64,000 bases of DNA from an uncultured delta proteobacterium (GCA_963827685.1 CAWHBU010000001.1:160001-224000); one strand, 5' to 3'; shown: positions 42,766 to 53,057, numbered from the stretch's first letter. Notes: generated by a model from the sequence alone, not told the origin. Program-made: numbers and translations.

Positions 42766-43407
42766 CTACATGACCGTTGTCCTCATGTCTCCCAGAGATT
42801 GATTTAAATAATCTGTGAGGAGCCAGGCGAGAATGGCCATGGATTCCATGTCTAAGAATTTTTCTGCCCGACGTTCAAACAGCAGAAGACATTGGGCCGG
42901 GAATTCCTCATCCGCATCATTAAAAAGAAGGAGAGTAGGAACGCAGGGGAGGGGATCAAACTTGATCGATAATTGATACCCCCAATCCAATCCAGGATCC
43001 CTGCCGCCCAGTTGAAGGCATGCCCTTCTCAAGGCTTCCAGCCTACCAGCAAAGTTTTTTGCAATTGCCTTTTCTGTATTATTCTGAAATCCTCCCACAA
43101 AAGGAGAGGCATCCTTAAAATCTTTGTAAGAAATCCAATCCTCTCCCTCTGGTTCCACGGCCGGAGTATGGAGAAGGTGTTGACACAAAACTACCTTGAC
43201 GGAGTGAATCGGTTCTTTCCCAGAAGGATCCACAATCCCTCTGGAAGAAATCTTATAAAGTTGTCCGAAAAGAGGGACGAGAATGGAATCTCCTTCCATT
43301 TCAACCCCTATTCTTTTCGCTATCGTTTGAAGATCGACCTGACTCAGCTGTTTTAGATAATCTTGGTAAATTTTTTGGAAGATAGGCGCTTTTTGCTCTA
43401 AGTCCAT
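42766..43407 (-). CDS. DUF3786 domain protein
   Basis: WISYKDF, ACLQLGG, LPCVP, DEEFPA, LFE, FLDME. The ORF-track N-terminal extension is repeat DNA. Confidence 0.85.
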   Translation of the reverse strand: MDLEQKAPIFQKIYQDYLKQLSQVDLQTIAKRIGVEMEGDSILVPLFGQLYKISSRGIVDPSGKEPIHSVKVVLCQHLLHTPAVEPEGEDWISYKDFKDASPFVGGFQNNTEKAIAKNFAGRLEALRRACLQLGGRDPGLDWGYQLSIKFDPLPCVPTLLLFNDADEEFPAQCLLLFERRAEKFLDMESMAILAWLLTDYLNQSLGDMRTTVM

Positions 43408-43423
43408 TTTCAAAAATCTTTGC

Positions 43424-43492
43424 TTCCCCTCTTCGCACCCTCTCCTCCTGCCCAACGGCAGGCAGGCATTGGGGAGAGGGAAGGGTGAGGGG
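43424..43492. repeat. C-rich/G-rich hairpin with a 20-nt CCTGCC insert (43447-43466)
   Basis: CCCTCTCCT[CCTGCCCAACGGCAGGCAGG]CATTGGGGAGAGGG-AAGGGTGAGGGG. Confidence 0.85.
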
Positions 43493-43505
43493 GTATTCAT
43501 TAGGA

Positions 43506-44030
43506 TTAAGCTCCATCCAAAGTATGATGCTCTGCTTTTCGATACCAGGAGGCAGGATCAATGAAATATTCTTCCGTATCCTTGAGAGATAGATAGTGCT
43601 CATTTTCCATCTTTGACAGTAGATCAAAGAATTGCTTTTCTTTAGGATTAGAGACACTATCCCGCAGCTCGGCATAGAACTTTGCTCCCTTTGCCTCGAA
43701 GTCAAGAGCTGTACGGACCGCCTCCAGGTCATCCGAATCTCCTTTGGCCGTCTTATCTACCTTTTTGACGAATTCAAGCAGGATATCCTTCACGATCGTA
43801 TCTTTCACTTTAAGAGGAACGGTCTCAGGCCACTTTTCCTGTTTGGCCCACTTTTGATGGAGCTGTTTCAGCCGTTCATAATGTTCCAGTTCATCGTCCC
43901 CGATCTGCTGGAACATTTTTTTGCCGAGAGCGTTCTTGGTTCTATTGGCATTTTTAAGATAGAATTCTCGCTCCCTCATTTCATTATTGAGAGCCACCTC
44001 CAGAGCATTCAGACGGTCTTTTTGGTCCAT
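43506..44030 (-). CDS. Rubrerythrin-like ferritin-family protein
   Basis: Two E..FY..ExxH repeats (ELEH, ENEH). Confidence 0.9.
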   Translation of the reverse strand: MDQKDRLNALEVALNNEMREREFYLKNANRTKNALGKKMFQQIGDDELEHYERLKQLHQKWAKQEKWPETVPLKVKDTIVKDILLEFVKKVDKTAKGDSDDLEAVRTALDFEAKGAKFYAELRDSVSNPKEKQFFDLLSKMENEHYLSLKDTEEYFIDPASWYRKAEHHTLDGA

Positions 44031-44178
44031 TACGATTCCTCCCTTCCGAATATCCGTTAGCCTATGTCCAAATTCTGCATTCGTGTTTTTTATATTATCC
44101 CAGTTCTTTCGATCTATCAAGAAGTCTGTGGAAGGATTTCTCACTCTTTGGTGGAAGAGTAAGTGCGGAAAGGAAGAA

Positions 44179-45516
44179 TCATTCCATGCCTGCTTCGTTC
44201 AGATTGGCGACGATGACGAGGACATATTTTTTCGGGTAAAGGTATTTTTTCGCGACACGGAGAACGTCTTCCCGTGTCACGGATCGGATGAGGGAAGGGT
44301 ACTTTTCGGGATAATTGAGACCCAAACCAAAGTACTCCACCTGGCTGAGGAAATTAGCGAGCTTTCCCTGAGTATCGAGCCTCATGGGAAAACTTCCGAT
44401 GAGATATTTCTTTGCCCCTTCCAGTTCTTTCTCTGAAACGAGTTCTTTTTGGATCCGCTCCACCTGTTGGAGTGAAAGCGAGATGGCCTCCTTCGCAGAG
44501 GAATTTTTTGTCTGGAGAACAATCTGGAAAGAACCCGGATATTTCCCGGGATCAAAAAAGCTTGCCACAGAATAGGCAAGCCCCCTCTTGTTTCTAATCT
44601 CCTCCATCAATCGAGAAGCAAACCCCCCCCCTCCGAGAATATAATTCATGACCGTGAGGGCATAATAATCAGGATTCTCCCGGCTGACGCCAGCATGGCC
44701 AAGAATGATGTTGGCTTGGGTGATCGGCCGGTTGATCTTCACCGTCTTCTGCTCTTTTTCAAACTTGGTTATGAAAGGCGGTTTGGGAATCTCACCTGTC
44801 GGCCATTTTTCGAGAAGGGGGAGAAGTTTGGCCTTCACCTGGTCAGCTGTCATATCACCTACCACCGTCAGAATGGCGTTGTTGCGATGGTAATAGGATC
44901 GATAGAATCGAACGACCGCTTCCCGTGTGAGCCTGGGAACGGATTCCTTTGTTCCTTCGACAGGATGCCCATAAGGGCTGTTGAGGAAGAGGGATTTCAG
45001 AAACTCCTTTCCAGCAACTTCCTCGGGCTGATCTTCTTCAGATTGAATGGCTGCGAGGGTCTTCTCTATCTCTCTTCGGATCTCCTCTTCAGGAAAAGTG
45101 GGTTGGGTGAGTACTTCCATGAAGAGATTCAATCCCTTGTCGAGATCTTTCTTTAAAACCTTCAGGCTTAGGGTGGCATAATCTCTGCCTGAGGAAGAAG
45201 AGAGAGAGGCTCCCATGAAATCGAGCTCCTCATTAACCTGATTGACAGTGTGCTTCGATGTTCCCAGAAGAAGCCCTCTGGCTGTCAGGTATGACAAGCC
45301 TTCCTCTCCAGAAGGATCTTTCCACGACCCTGAATCGATCAAAAGCTGGAATGTGACAAATGGAAGGGAGTGTTCTTCAGAGACAAGAAGGATGAGCTGA
45401 TTGGGAAGAACCGTCCTCTGGACCGGAGGCATGGCTGAGGCCGCATTCGATTGTAGAGAGAGGCAGAACAGCAGCAATATGAGGATCATCGTCTTAAGGA
45501 TTTTGGTATTCATCAC
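44179..45516 (-). CDS. M16 peptidase, non-catalytic subunit (exported)
   Basis: Signal peptide; lacks HxxEH; ILGGGGFASRL, IRNKRGLAY. Confidence 0.92.
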   Translation of the reverse strand: MMNTKILKTMILILLLFCLSLQSNAASAMPPVQRTVLPNQLILLVSEEHSLPFVTFQLLIDSGSWKDPSGEEGLSYLTARGLLLGTSKHTVNQVNEELDFMGASLSSSSGRDYATLSLKVLKKDLDKGLNLFMEVLTQPTFPEEEIRREIEKTLAAIQSEEDQPEEVAGKEFLKSLFLNSPYGHPVEGTKESVPRLTREAVVRFYRSYYHRNNAILTVVGDMTADQVKAKLLPLLEKWPTGEIPKPPFITKFEKEQKTVKINRPITQANIILGHAGVSRENPDYYALTVMNYILGGGGFASRLMEEIRNKRGLAYSVASFFDPGKYPGSFQIVLQTKNSSAKEAISLSLQQVERIQKELVSEKELEGAKKYLIGSFPMRLDTQGKLANFLSQVEYFGLGLNYPEKYPSLIRSVTREDVLRVAKKYLYPKKYVLVIVANLNEAGME

Positions 45517-45522
45517 ACCCTC

Positions 45523-45586
45523 GATTTAGGAATTGGGGAATTTAGGAATTACCATTCCTCAATTCGAAATTTGGAATTCGCAATTT
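45523..45586. repeat. Octamer-periodic inverted element
   Basis: GATTTAGG AATTGGGG AATTTAGG AATT ... ATTCCTCA ATTCGAAA. Confidence 0.65.
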
Positions 45587-45594
45587 ATAATTTC

Positions 45595-46986
45595 TTATCT
45601 CACAATCCTTTCTTTAATGGTAGAGCCAGTCGGCGCAGGCATCCCTTCTTTGGGTGGAAGCGGGATAAGAATGCCCACTGTCCGATTATCCGGGGTCAAA
45701 TATTTTTGTGCAACTCGCTGGATATCTTCTTGAGTCACTTTACGGATGGAGGGAAGGTAGTCATTAATCGCTCTCCAAGTGAGGGCAATCTCGTGCTGGG
45801 CGAGGAGCATGCCTTGGTAGAATAGCGAATCCTGCCCAAATATAAAGGAAGCTTCGATTTGATTCTTTGCCTTTTCCAGTTCCTGTTTCTCCACCACTTC
45901 TTTCCGGAGTCGCTCCACTTCTTGATCGAATGCCTTCTCCACTTCTGTGACCTCTTTTCCAGGAAGCAATTCAGCAGAGAGAGTGAAGAGGCTTGGGTCT
46001 CGGGAGATCAGGGAGTGGTCAGCATCAGCACTGAGCACAAGCCTTTTCTGCCGGACGAGGCTCTGGTAGAGCCTGGAGCTTTTACCTCCAGAGAGAATGG
46101 TGGCGATCACTTCCAGCACGTAGCTATCTTGCTCTCGAAGGTTCGGCACATGATACCCCGTGACCAGGAATGGGAGTTGAGCCTCTTTTTTCACAAAGAC
46201 TCTGCGCTCCCCAATCTGTGCAGGGTCTTTATCTTTTTCCTGATGGGGAGCCACGCCTTTCGGATATGAACCGAAGGCCTTCCCAATTTTTGGAAGGAGT
46301 TCTTCTTTCTTAAAATCTCCCACGACAACGAGAATGGCATTGACAGGGTTATAGTAAGTTTTGTAGTACACCCTTAAGTCCTCAAGGGTGAAGCGGGCGA
46401 TATCCTCCATCCAGCCGATAATTGGCCAATGGTAAGGTTGCATCTCAAATGCAGCTGCCATGAGTTGCTCTACCAGAACAGCTTGCGGGTTATCGTCAGT
46501 GCGAAGCCTCCGCTCTTCCATCACCACCATTCGCTCGGTCCGGAAGTCTTGCTCCCGGAGGAGCAGATTCTGCATTCTATCCGATTCCAGATCGATCGAA
46601 ACCTGAACACGATCCGCATTGAGATTTTCGAAGTAGGCGGTGTAGTCATGTGAAGTGAAGGCATTGTCATTTCCCCCATTTTCCTGGATGATTCTGGAAA
46701 ACTCCTCGGGACCCACCTTCTCTGTCCCTTTAAACATCATGTGCTCGAGCATATGAGAAAGGCCTGTCTTTCCCCACGCCTCGTTCCGAGATCCCACACG
46801 GTACCAGACCTGAAAGGTGACAAGGGGGGCTTTGTGATTTTCAAGCAGGATCACTTTTAGGCCGTTTGGCAAAATGGTTTCGAATACCTGCTCTTGGAGC
46901 CCGGCCTCGGAAAGTGGTACGGATAAACCGTAGAGAAAAAAGATGAGAAAAGCTAAATTCCATTTCAGTCTTGCCCGATAACTCAA
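45595..46986 (-). CDS. M16 peptidase, catalytic subunit (exported)
   Basis: GLSHMLEHMMFKGT, NAFT, EERRLR. Confidence 0.95.
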   Translation of the reverse strand: MSYRARLKWNLAFLIFFLYGLSVPLSEAGLQEQVFETILPNGLKVILLENHKAPLVTFQVWYRVGSRNEAWGKTGLSHMLEHMMFKGTEKVGPEEFSRIIQENGGNDNAFTSHDYTAYFENLNADRVQVSIDLESDRMQNLLLREQDFRTERMVVMEERRLRTDDNPQAVLVEQLMAAAFEMQPYHWPIIGWMEDIARFTLEDLRVYYKTYYNPVNAILVVVGDFKKEELLPKIGKAFGSYPKGVAPHQEKDKDPAQIGERRVFVKKEAQLPFLVTGYHVPNLREQDSYVLEVIATILSGGKSSRLYQSLVRQKRLVLSADADHSLISRDPSLFTLSAELLPGKEVTEVEKAFDQEVERLRKEVVEKQELEKAKNQIEASFIFGQDSLFYQGMLLAQHEIALTWRAINDYLPSIRKVTQEDIQRVAQKYLTPDNRTVGILIPLPPKEGMPAPTGSTIKERIVR

Positions 46987-47076
46987 TTTTATCTCCCTTC
47001 CTATTTTTCTTAGAAGATTCTTCCCTTTAAATGAAAATTATGCCAGTTTTTTTGGAAAAAAACATTTCAGGTTCCC

Positions 47077-48393
47077 TTAATGTTGGCTGATTATCCCTTT
47101 TGTTGTTTTTTCTGACAAGATCCCCTTTTTAATATAAATGGGGCGAACCATTTTCCTTACTAATGGGAGTTTCTTGGCGAATACGAAGGAACCTAATAGA
47201 CATGAGGCTCCGCCGATGATTAAGGTATACGGGGCTCCAATTCTACCTGCGAGGCTGCCGCCGGCCAAGCTTCCAAAAGGGGCCATCCCCATAAATGCCA
47301 TTGTATAAAGGCTCATCACCCGGCCCCTTTTATCATCATCCACCATGGTTTGGAGGATTGTATTGCTCGATGCCATGTGCACCATCATTCCAAAGCCTGT
47401 AAGGGACAAGAGAAACAATGACAGCCATAAGATATGAGATAAAGAAAAAGAGATCAGTCCAATTCCAAAGATTCCGGATCCGATAACAATGACTCTTCCC
47501 AATCCAAGGACACTTCTGCGGGAGGCAAGGTAAATAGCTCCTATGACGGCACCCACACCGATCGCTGCCATCAGAAAACCGTAAGTCTGTGCATTGCCAT
47601 GAAGGATGTCTTTGGCAAAGACAGGCATGAGGGTTGTGTTCGCCATTCCCACCAAACTAATCCATCCAAGAAAAAAAAGAATTGACCGGATGGGGGGAAA
47701 GCGAAAGGCATAGGCAAACCCCTCTTTGAGCCCTTGCCAAAGTTGGGTCCGCTCGGTTTCTCTTTTGTTTGGGGTCATCTTCATGGCTAACAAAGCTATG
47801 ATGACGGCAAGAAAACTGACTCCGTTGAAGAAAAAACACATCCCCTCCCCCAGGATAGAAATGAGTATGCCTGCTATGGAGGGCCCCACCAGTCTCGCGC
47901 CATTAAAGAGAAATGAGTTTAGCGCTATGGCATTTCCTAAATCCTCTCTCTTTTTTACCATTTCCACCACGAAAGCCTGACGAGTAGGCATATCAAAGGC
48001 ATTGACAAGACCGAGGAAGACAGCAAGAATGACGAGGTGATGAACAGCGATGACATCCATCAGAGTGAGAAAGGCTAGAAGAAAGGCCTGTACCATGGCC
48101 AGGGATTGAGTGGCAACCAGGATGCGATGGCGGTTCCACCGGTCAGAAATGACGCCCGCAAAGGGAGAGAAGATGAAACTGCAAATTTGACTTGAAAATC
48201 CGATGACACCAAGAAGGAAAGCTGAATGGGTCAAGCGATAAACCAGCCAGCTCATTGCAATCTGCTGCATCCAAGTGCCGATGAGAGAAATCCCTTGGCC
48301 ACCGAAAAAAAGGCGATAGTTTCTATGGGAGAGGCCTCGAAAGATCAGCCTTAACCCTTTTGGATCAGCAGGGCGGGATTGATCTAATTCCAT
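47077..48393 (-). CDS. MFS transporter
   Basis: About 12 TM segments; GQGISLIGTWMQ, GVISDRWNR, RGRVMS. Confidence 0.95.
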   Translation of the reverse strand: MELDQSRPADPKGLRLIFRGLSHRNYRLFFGGQGISLIGTWMQQIAMSWLVYRLTHSAFLLGVIGFSSQICSFIFSPFAGVISDRWNRHRILVATQSLAMVQAFLLAFLTLMDVIAVHHLVILAVFLGLVNAFDMPTRQAFVVEMVKKREDLGNAIALNSFLFNGARLVGPSIAGILISILGEGMCFFFNGVSFLAVIIALLAMKMTPNKRETERTQLWQGLKEGFAYAFRFPPIRSILFFLGWISLVGMANTTLMPVFAKDILHGNAQTYGFLMAAIGVGAVIGAIYLASRRSVLGLGRVIVIGSGIFGIGLISFSLSHILWLSLFLLSLTGFGMMVHMASSNTILQTMVDDDKRGRVMSLYTMAFMGMAPFGSLAGGSLAGRIGAPYTLIIGGASCLLGSFVFAKKLPLVRKMVRPIYIKKGILSEKTTKGIISQH

Positions 48394-48447
48394 CTTTTGG
48401 ACTGAATCCTTCCGAGAAACGGGGAGTTCCTTTTCACTTGACTTGCT

Positions 48448-48729
48448 CTATTTCATTAACTCGTTAACTTCCTTTTCCCCTTCTTTCAATTCTTTCTCTT
48501 GCTCCTTGTCTTCCATTAATAAGAGAGCCTGGAACTCTCCCACATGTGTTTTTTCTTCTCTTGCCACATCCAAGAGTAATTTCCTGATGTTTTTGTTTTG
48601 GGTCATATCCGCCATTTGCTCGTAGAGATTGATGGCATCCAATTCGGCGATAATTGCGGATCTCAATATCTCTTTGTCCAGGGCTTCTTTTCTAATTCTT
48701 TCAAGATCGATTGGTATTCTGGATAGCAT
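48448..48729 (-). CDS. Short ferritin-like protein (encapsulated-ferritin type)
   Basis: AIIAELDAINLYEQMA, DVAREEKTHVGEF. Confidence 0.85.
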   Translation of the reverse strand: MLSRIPIDLERIRKEALDKEILRSAIIAELDAINLYEQMADMTQNKNIRKLLLDVAREEKTHVGEFQALLLMEDKEQEKELKEGEKEVNELMK

Positions 48730-48875
48730 ATCTTTGCCTCCCGTAATCCTTTTGGTCTATCAGTAAGCCATCATTAACAAGTCATCAGCATAATCCTGAT
48801 CCAAATCTTCCAGGGCTTTGTACTCTTACAAACCAGGCGGCAATCTCCTATTTGTGAATACAGAAAGTTGCTCAC

Positions 48876-49406
48876 TTATACGGGGATCTTTTCAGGTATT
48901 CCAATCTTAAACGTTTCCCACTCAATAAAGAACGCCCCGTTTTCCAATCTTGTTGGCAATGTATCAAGAGGACGAGGAGCCGGACCTCGCAGCACTTTGC
49001 CATCGATCGAGAAGACACTTTCGTGGCAAGGGCAGATGAATTCTTGCGTCTCAGGATGCCAGTCATACCTGCAGCCGAGATGGGGGCAGATTGGGGAAAA
49101 TATGGTCACCTCTGATGAGGAATGCTTGATCGCCCAGACATCGCGTAAGATCTTTTCCCGGATGACCATATCCACCTTTTGGTCAGTCCAGGATAACTTT
49201 ATTGGCTGACCCACAGGCAATGAGCCAATTTCAGCCACTTTGGCCCAGTCCGATTTTTTCATTCGGAATAGAGGTCCAACCAAAGTGCCGACAAGTGGAA
49301 TCCCCAATGTTAGGGCAACAAGGGAACCCAGCGCCCCAGTAAAAAGCTTCAGAAAACCTCGTCGAGTGTTTCCTCCATGTTCAACTGATTGCATCTCGTT
49401 CGTCAC
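48876..49406 (-). CDS. Rieske 2Fe-2S subunit of a cytochrome bc complex
   Basis: Tat motif TRRGFLK, CPHLGC, CPCH, GPAPRPL. Confidence 0.95.
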   Translation of the reverse strand: MTNEMQSVEHGGNTRRGFLKLFTGALGSLVALTLGIPLVGTLVGPLFRMKKSDWAKVAEIGSLPVGQPIKLSWTDQKVDMVIREKILRDVWAIKHSSSEVTIFSPICPHLGCRYDWHPETQEFICPCHESVFSIDGKVLRGPAPRPLDTLPTRLENGAFFIEWETFKIGIPEKIPV

Positions 49407-49467
49407 AATCGCTCCGTCTGTTTCAAAAAGTTGCGAAAGACCTCATAAAAACTTCATTTTCTCGGTG

Positions 49468-51447
49468 TCAAGCGTTTTTCTTCCTTGACAGCCCAATTCC
49501 AAGTCCCCCAAACACGATCGCAAAGGCTGCCAAGACCAGCCAGAAAAAGAGTTTCGGGGAGATTCCAGGATGAACCAACTGGGCCCGATTGACGCCGTTC
49601 AACTTCAGAACGTACGCTTCAACATTAGCCATTTGAGCTTGCGTCAACGTGTCGTCATCTCCGAAGGGCAGCATGTACAGCTGGGGATTCGGACCCGCGG
49701 GTATCGAACCGTGCTGGATGAGCCGATCAATGTTGTCGGCAAAGGTCTGTGCGTTTTTGCTAAAGAAGTCACGGTCGATAGGGTTGAGGGGTGGCACTCT
49801 GCCATCATCAGAACCAGGGTTCGGAACTTTATCGGTGCCTTGTGATCCGTGGCATGCTTCACAAACATTCTTGAATGTCACCGCACCGAGGTCGGCATTG
49901 CCAATGATAGAAGCTGCTTGCTCTGGAAGGCCATGGGGACCAATCTGTTCCTTCCCCGAAGCAGCCAGGACTCCGGCCTTAGGATGAGTCGCCCTCATTT
50001 TCGCCCTACCCAGAATCTGTGGGAGCGCTCCAGATCGAGGGGAGGGTGATGGAGCCTTTCCAGACTTGCCTTCAGGTTCCAGAGTGAGCAGATAATCGAC
50101 GAGATCATTCACTTGTTGGTTACTGGCCGAGGAGAAAGCGGGCATGATGGTTTTGGGGTCGTTTTTTTTGGGATTCCGGATCTGCGTCGTAAGCCACTCA
50201 CGTGTTCTGCCTTTCAGCACTCCGGAAGAGAGGTCAGGTGCTATTGTACCACCTGTGCCGTAAACCCGATGACATGCAATACACCCAAGGGTGTGGAAGA
50301 GCTGAGCACCCCGCTGCGCACTTGCTGACAGCAGAGTCGATTGAGTCGATGGGACAGGTGTCAGAAAATTGGTTTTTACTCCACCCCCTGAGTCAGCTCC
50401 TGGTTTGCTATAGTACCCGAGGATACCCAGGGTGATCACCCAGATAACAAAAACCAGATAGCCCCCCATGGCAACAGGCCGGCGGGCTGGGTTTCGCTCG
50501 GGATTTCGATCGAGAAAAGGTAGAAGCACGAGAAGTGAGATAACGAACAGTGGAATCCCTATCGTTCCGACCGGTTCAAATCTTCCATGGAAGGCTTTCA
50601 GGGATTGATAAAAAAAGAGGAAGAACCACTCTGGTTTCGGAGCGTAGGAAGTAGTCGTTAAATCCAAAGGGCCGGCAAAGGATGGAAGAATGTATGCAGA
50701 CAGTCCAACTAAAATGACGAAAATGGATGTGATGATCAAGGCATCTTTGAATACTTGATCCGGCCAGAATTGTCCAATACGGTTGCGTTTGGCTTCATCC
50801 CAGGGGCCGGCAATGCCGAAATTACGGAAGGCGATCAGGTGGACGCCGATCAATGCCAGTAAGAGGACTGGTAAAATGGCTACGTGAAGCACGAAGAAGC
50901 GGGAGAGCGTCAATTGGCCCATTTCTGCACCCCCCCGGAGAAGTTTTTCGACCAGTCCTCCAACAAATGGCGCTGTGCCTGCCATACTTGTGCCCACTTC
51001 GGCCTCCCAATAGCCCTTTTGATCCCATGGTAAAACTGGCCCTGTGAATCCCAAGGCTAAAGTCAAGAGCAATAGACCCACGCCAATTAACCAGGTGAGT
51101 TGGCGAGGCTGCTTGTAGGCTCCCCATATGAAGACACGAGACAGATGGAGTCCTATGAGGATGATCATCGCGTTGGCTCCCCAGCGGTGAAGGCCGTGAA
51201 TAAGCCACCCGAAAGGCACCTCTAAGCGCAGATAACTGAGACTATCATAGGCGTGATCCGTAGTCGGGACAAAGTAAAACAGCTGCCATATCCCCGTGAT
51301 GACCTGCAACAGAAAAGTGATCAGGACGGAACTGCCGAAGATATAAGCAAAGCTCGCCCCTCCAGGCATTTCTTCTTCAAGGCTCCAACGAATAACAGCG
51401 TTAAGGGGCCAGCGATCGTTGATCCAACGGATGATTTGTGAAGGCAT
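49468..51447 (-). CDS. Cytochrome b fused to two c-type heme domains
   Basis: GLHRWGAN, HLSRVF, LPWDQ, RFFVLH, PEWFF; CIACH and CEACH; C-terminal TM segment. Confidence 0.92.
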   Translation of the reverse strand: MPSQIIRWINDRWPLNAVIRWSLEEEMPGGASFAYIFGSSVLITFLLQVITGIWQLFYFVPTTDHAYDSLSYLRLEVPFGWLIHGLHRWGANAMIILIGLHLSRVFIWGAYKQPRQLTWLIGVGLLLLTLALGFTGPVLPWDQKGYWEAEVGTSMAGTAPFVGGLVEKLLRGGAEMGQLTLSRFFVLHVAILPVLLLALIGVHLIAFRNFGIAGPWDEAKRNRIGQFWPDQVFKDALIITSIFVILVGLSAYILPSFAGPLDLTTTSYAPKPEWFFLFFYQSLKAFHGRFEPVGTIGIPLFVISLLVLLPFLDRNPERNPARRPVAMGGYLVFVIWVITLGILGYYSKPGADSGGGVKTNFLTPVPSTQSTLLSASAQRGAQLFHTLGCIACHRVYGTGGTIAPDLSSGVLKGRTREWLTTQIRNPKKNDPKTIMPAFSSASNQQVNDLVDYLLTLEPEGKSGKAPSPSPRSGALPQILGRAKMRATHPKAGVLAASGKEQIGPHGLPEQAASIIGNADLGAVTFKNVCEACHGSQGTDKVPNPGSDDGRVPPLNPIDRDFFSKNAQTFADNIDRLIQHGSIPAGPNPQLYMLPFGDDDTLTQAQMANVEAYVLKLNGVNRAQLVHPGISPKLFFWLVLAAFAIVFGGLGIGLSRKKNA

Positions 51448-51542
51448 ACGTGGTTTTCCTCTAAAAAAGATTTTTGCCATGCCATGAGAACTCTGCAATG
51501 GCATTGTTCAGGCAGGAGGAGCTAAGAATTTACTATGAGGTA

Positions 51543-52050
51543 TCAAATGATCTTTGCCTCCCTCATCATTTCCAGGGCGTGAAAGGCTGCAATGGGTGCT
51601 TTCACTGAAGGCTCGACGCCCTCCAATGAACTTAAGACTGGACCCAAATATTTTCTCAGCCCACCCTTTGCCATGTAATGGATCACATGGTGTGCCCCTT
51701 CTAAGCAAAGGTGAGTCCCCATGGTCTATTAACGCCTGAAGCAAAGCTTTCAACCCATTCATACCCAATCCAATCAACTCTTCAGCCGCCAACCATCGAA
51801 TGTCAAATTCTTCATCTTCGAGAGTTCTTAACAGCGCAGGAGCCACCTCTGGACCTCCGATCTCACAGAGAGCCTTCACTGATTCGCGCCTCACATGGTC
51901 GTCCTTTTGTTTCAAGGCCTCAATCAACGGAGGAACTGCGCTCCTTCCGATCGCCACAAGAGACTGGCGAGCATCCTTACGGCCGGAATCATTGTCACTG
52001 GAGAGGGTCATCATGAGCCGTTTAATAGTAAGGTCTGTATCCCCTGTCAT
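51543..52050 (-). pseudogene. HEAT-repeat protein, frameshifted near 51700
   Basis: AVPPLIEAL..VRRESVKAL..IRWLAAEEL; after LLR, a helical protein-like tail GAHHVIHY..ALEMMREAKII* continues in another frame. Confidence 0.7.
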
Positions 52051-52158
52051 ATTTCCTTTGGCTGTATGAGGAACGGATTTACGCATAACTTTCTCCTTCC
52101 TTTTTGTAAGTGCTCAACGATTTTTAACATAAATACTAAATAACTTGCTAATGAATAA

Positions 52159-52198
52159 ATAAGGCAAAATCCGTATTTCTTGTGTGGAAATACAGTAT
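52159..52198. promoter_or_regulatory. Putative tandem transcription-factor site, also present at 55979-56018
   Basis: 29/40 ungapped identity between the two copies; core AAATCCGTAT. Confidence 0.55.
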
Positions 52199-52399
52199 AT
52201 TGGCTGATCGAGAATGGCTTTTTTCTTTGATCAACCGTTCCTTTCCGGAGTTTCATCTCCATAACATCCTACGGAGGATATTGTGCAAACATGTACGACT
52301 GGGCGTCGATCCTTGCACTTTCAACCATTGATGATTAAATAAAGAATAAAAATAGGTTTCCTTCACACTTTTCCGGTGAACAAAAAGGAGGAATGAGTT

Positions 52400-52966
52400 A
52401 TGGACAAGAAGGTACATATTTTGGGATTCGCAGGCAGTTTGAGAAAGCAATCTTACAACAGGGCCATCTTGGCAGCAGCGCTTGAGATGGTCCCTGACGA
52501 TGCATCTCTTGAGATCTTTGACCTCGAAGGGATCCCGCCCTTTAATCAAGACTTAGAACTTCAACCTCCGGATAAGGTCAAAGAGTTTAAAGGAAGAATC
52601 AGGGCAGCCGATGCCATCCTGATTGCTACCCCGGAATACAATTATTCAATCTCCGGGGTTCTGAAGAATGCTATTGACTGGGCTTCAAGACCTTATGGGG
52701 ACAATGCCTTCGATGGCAAACCTGTTGCCATGATGGGTGCATCCATAGGAATGTTAGGAACGGCGAGGGCACAGTATCATCTGCGACAGAGTTTCGTTTT
52801 TTTGAACATGCATCCCCTAAACCAGCCCGAAGTCATGGTCCCATTTGCAAATGAGAAAATTGACCAAAACGGGAAAGTCACAGACGAGAAGACGAAGAAA
52901 AAAATAGGTGAGCTACTCGAGAGCCTGGTGGTCTGGACCAAAAAACTGAAAAGTGAAAAGGGTTGA
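52400..52966 (+). CDS. NAD(P)H-dependent FMN reductase
   Basis: GSLRKQSYN, ATPEYNYS, LKNAIDWASRP, AQYHLRQ. Confidence 0.95.
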   Translation: MDKKVHILGFAGSLRKQSYNRAILAAALEMVPDDASLEIFDLEGIPPFNQDLELQPPDKVKEFKGRIRAADAILIATPEYNYSISGVLKNAIDWASRPYGDNAFDGKPVAMMGASIGMLGTARAQYHLRQSFVFLNMHPLNQPEVMVPFANEKIDQNGKVTDEKTKKKIGELLESLVVWTKKLKSEKG

Positions 52967-53057
52967 TTAAAATTTGCTCTTCTTATAAAAGATCTTCTTC
53001 GCCATCTCCGCTGCAACAATGTAGAAAACCACAACCGCGGCCAGTGTAATAAAGAAT

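Noticed and set aside
47025-47046. TGGCA as a sigma54 promoter for the M16 peptidase pair
   Set aside because: No GC at the -12 position.
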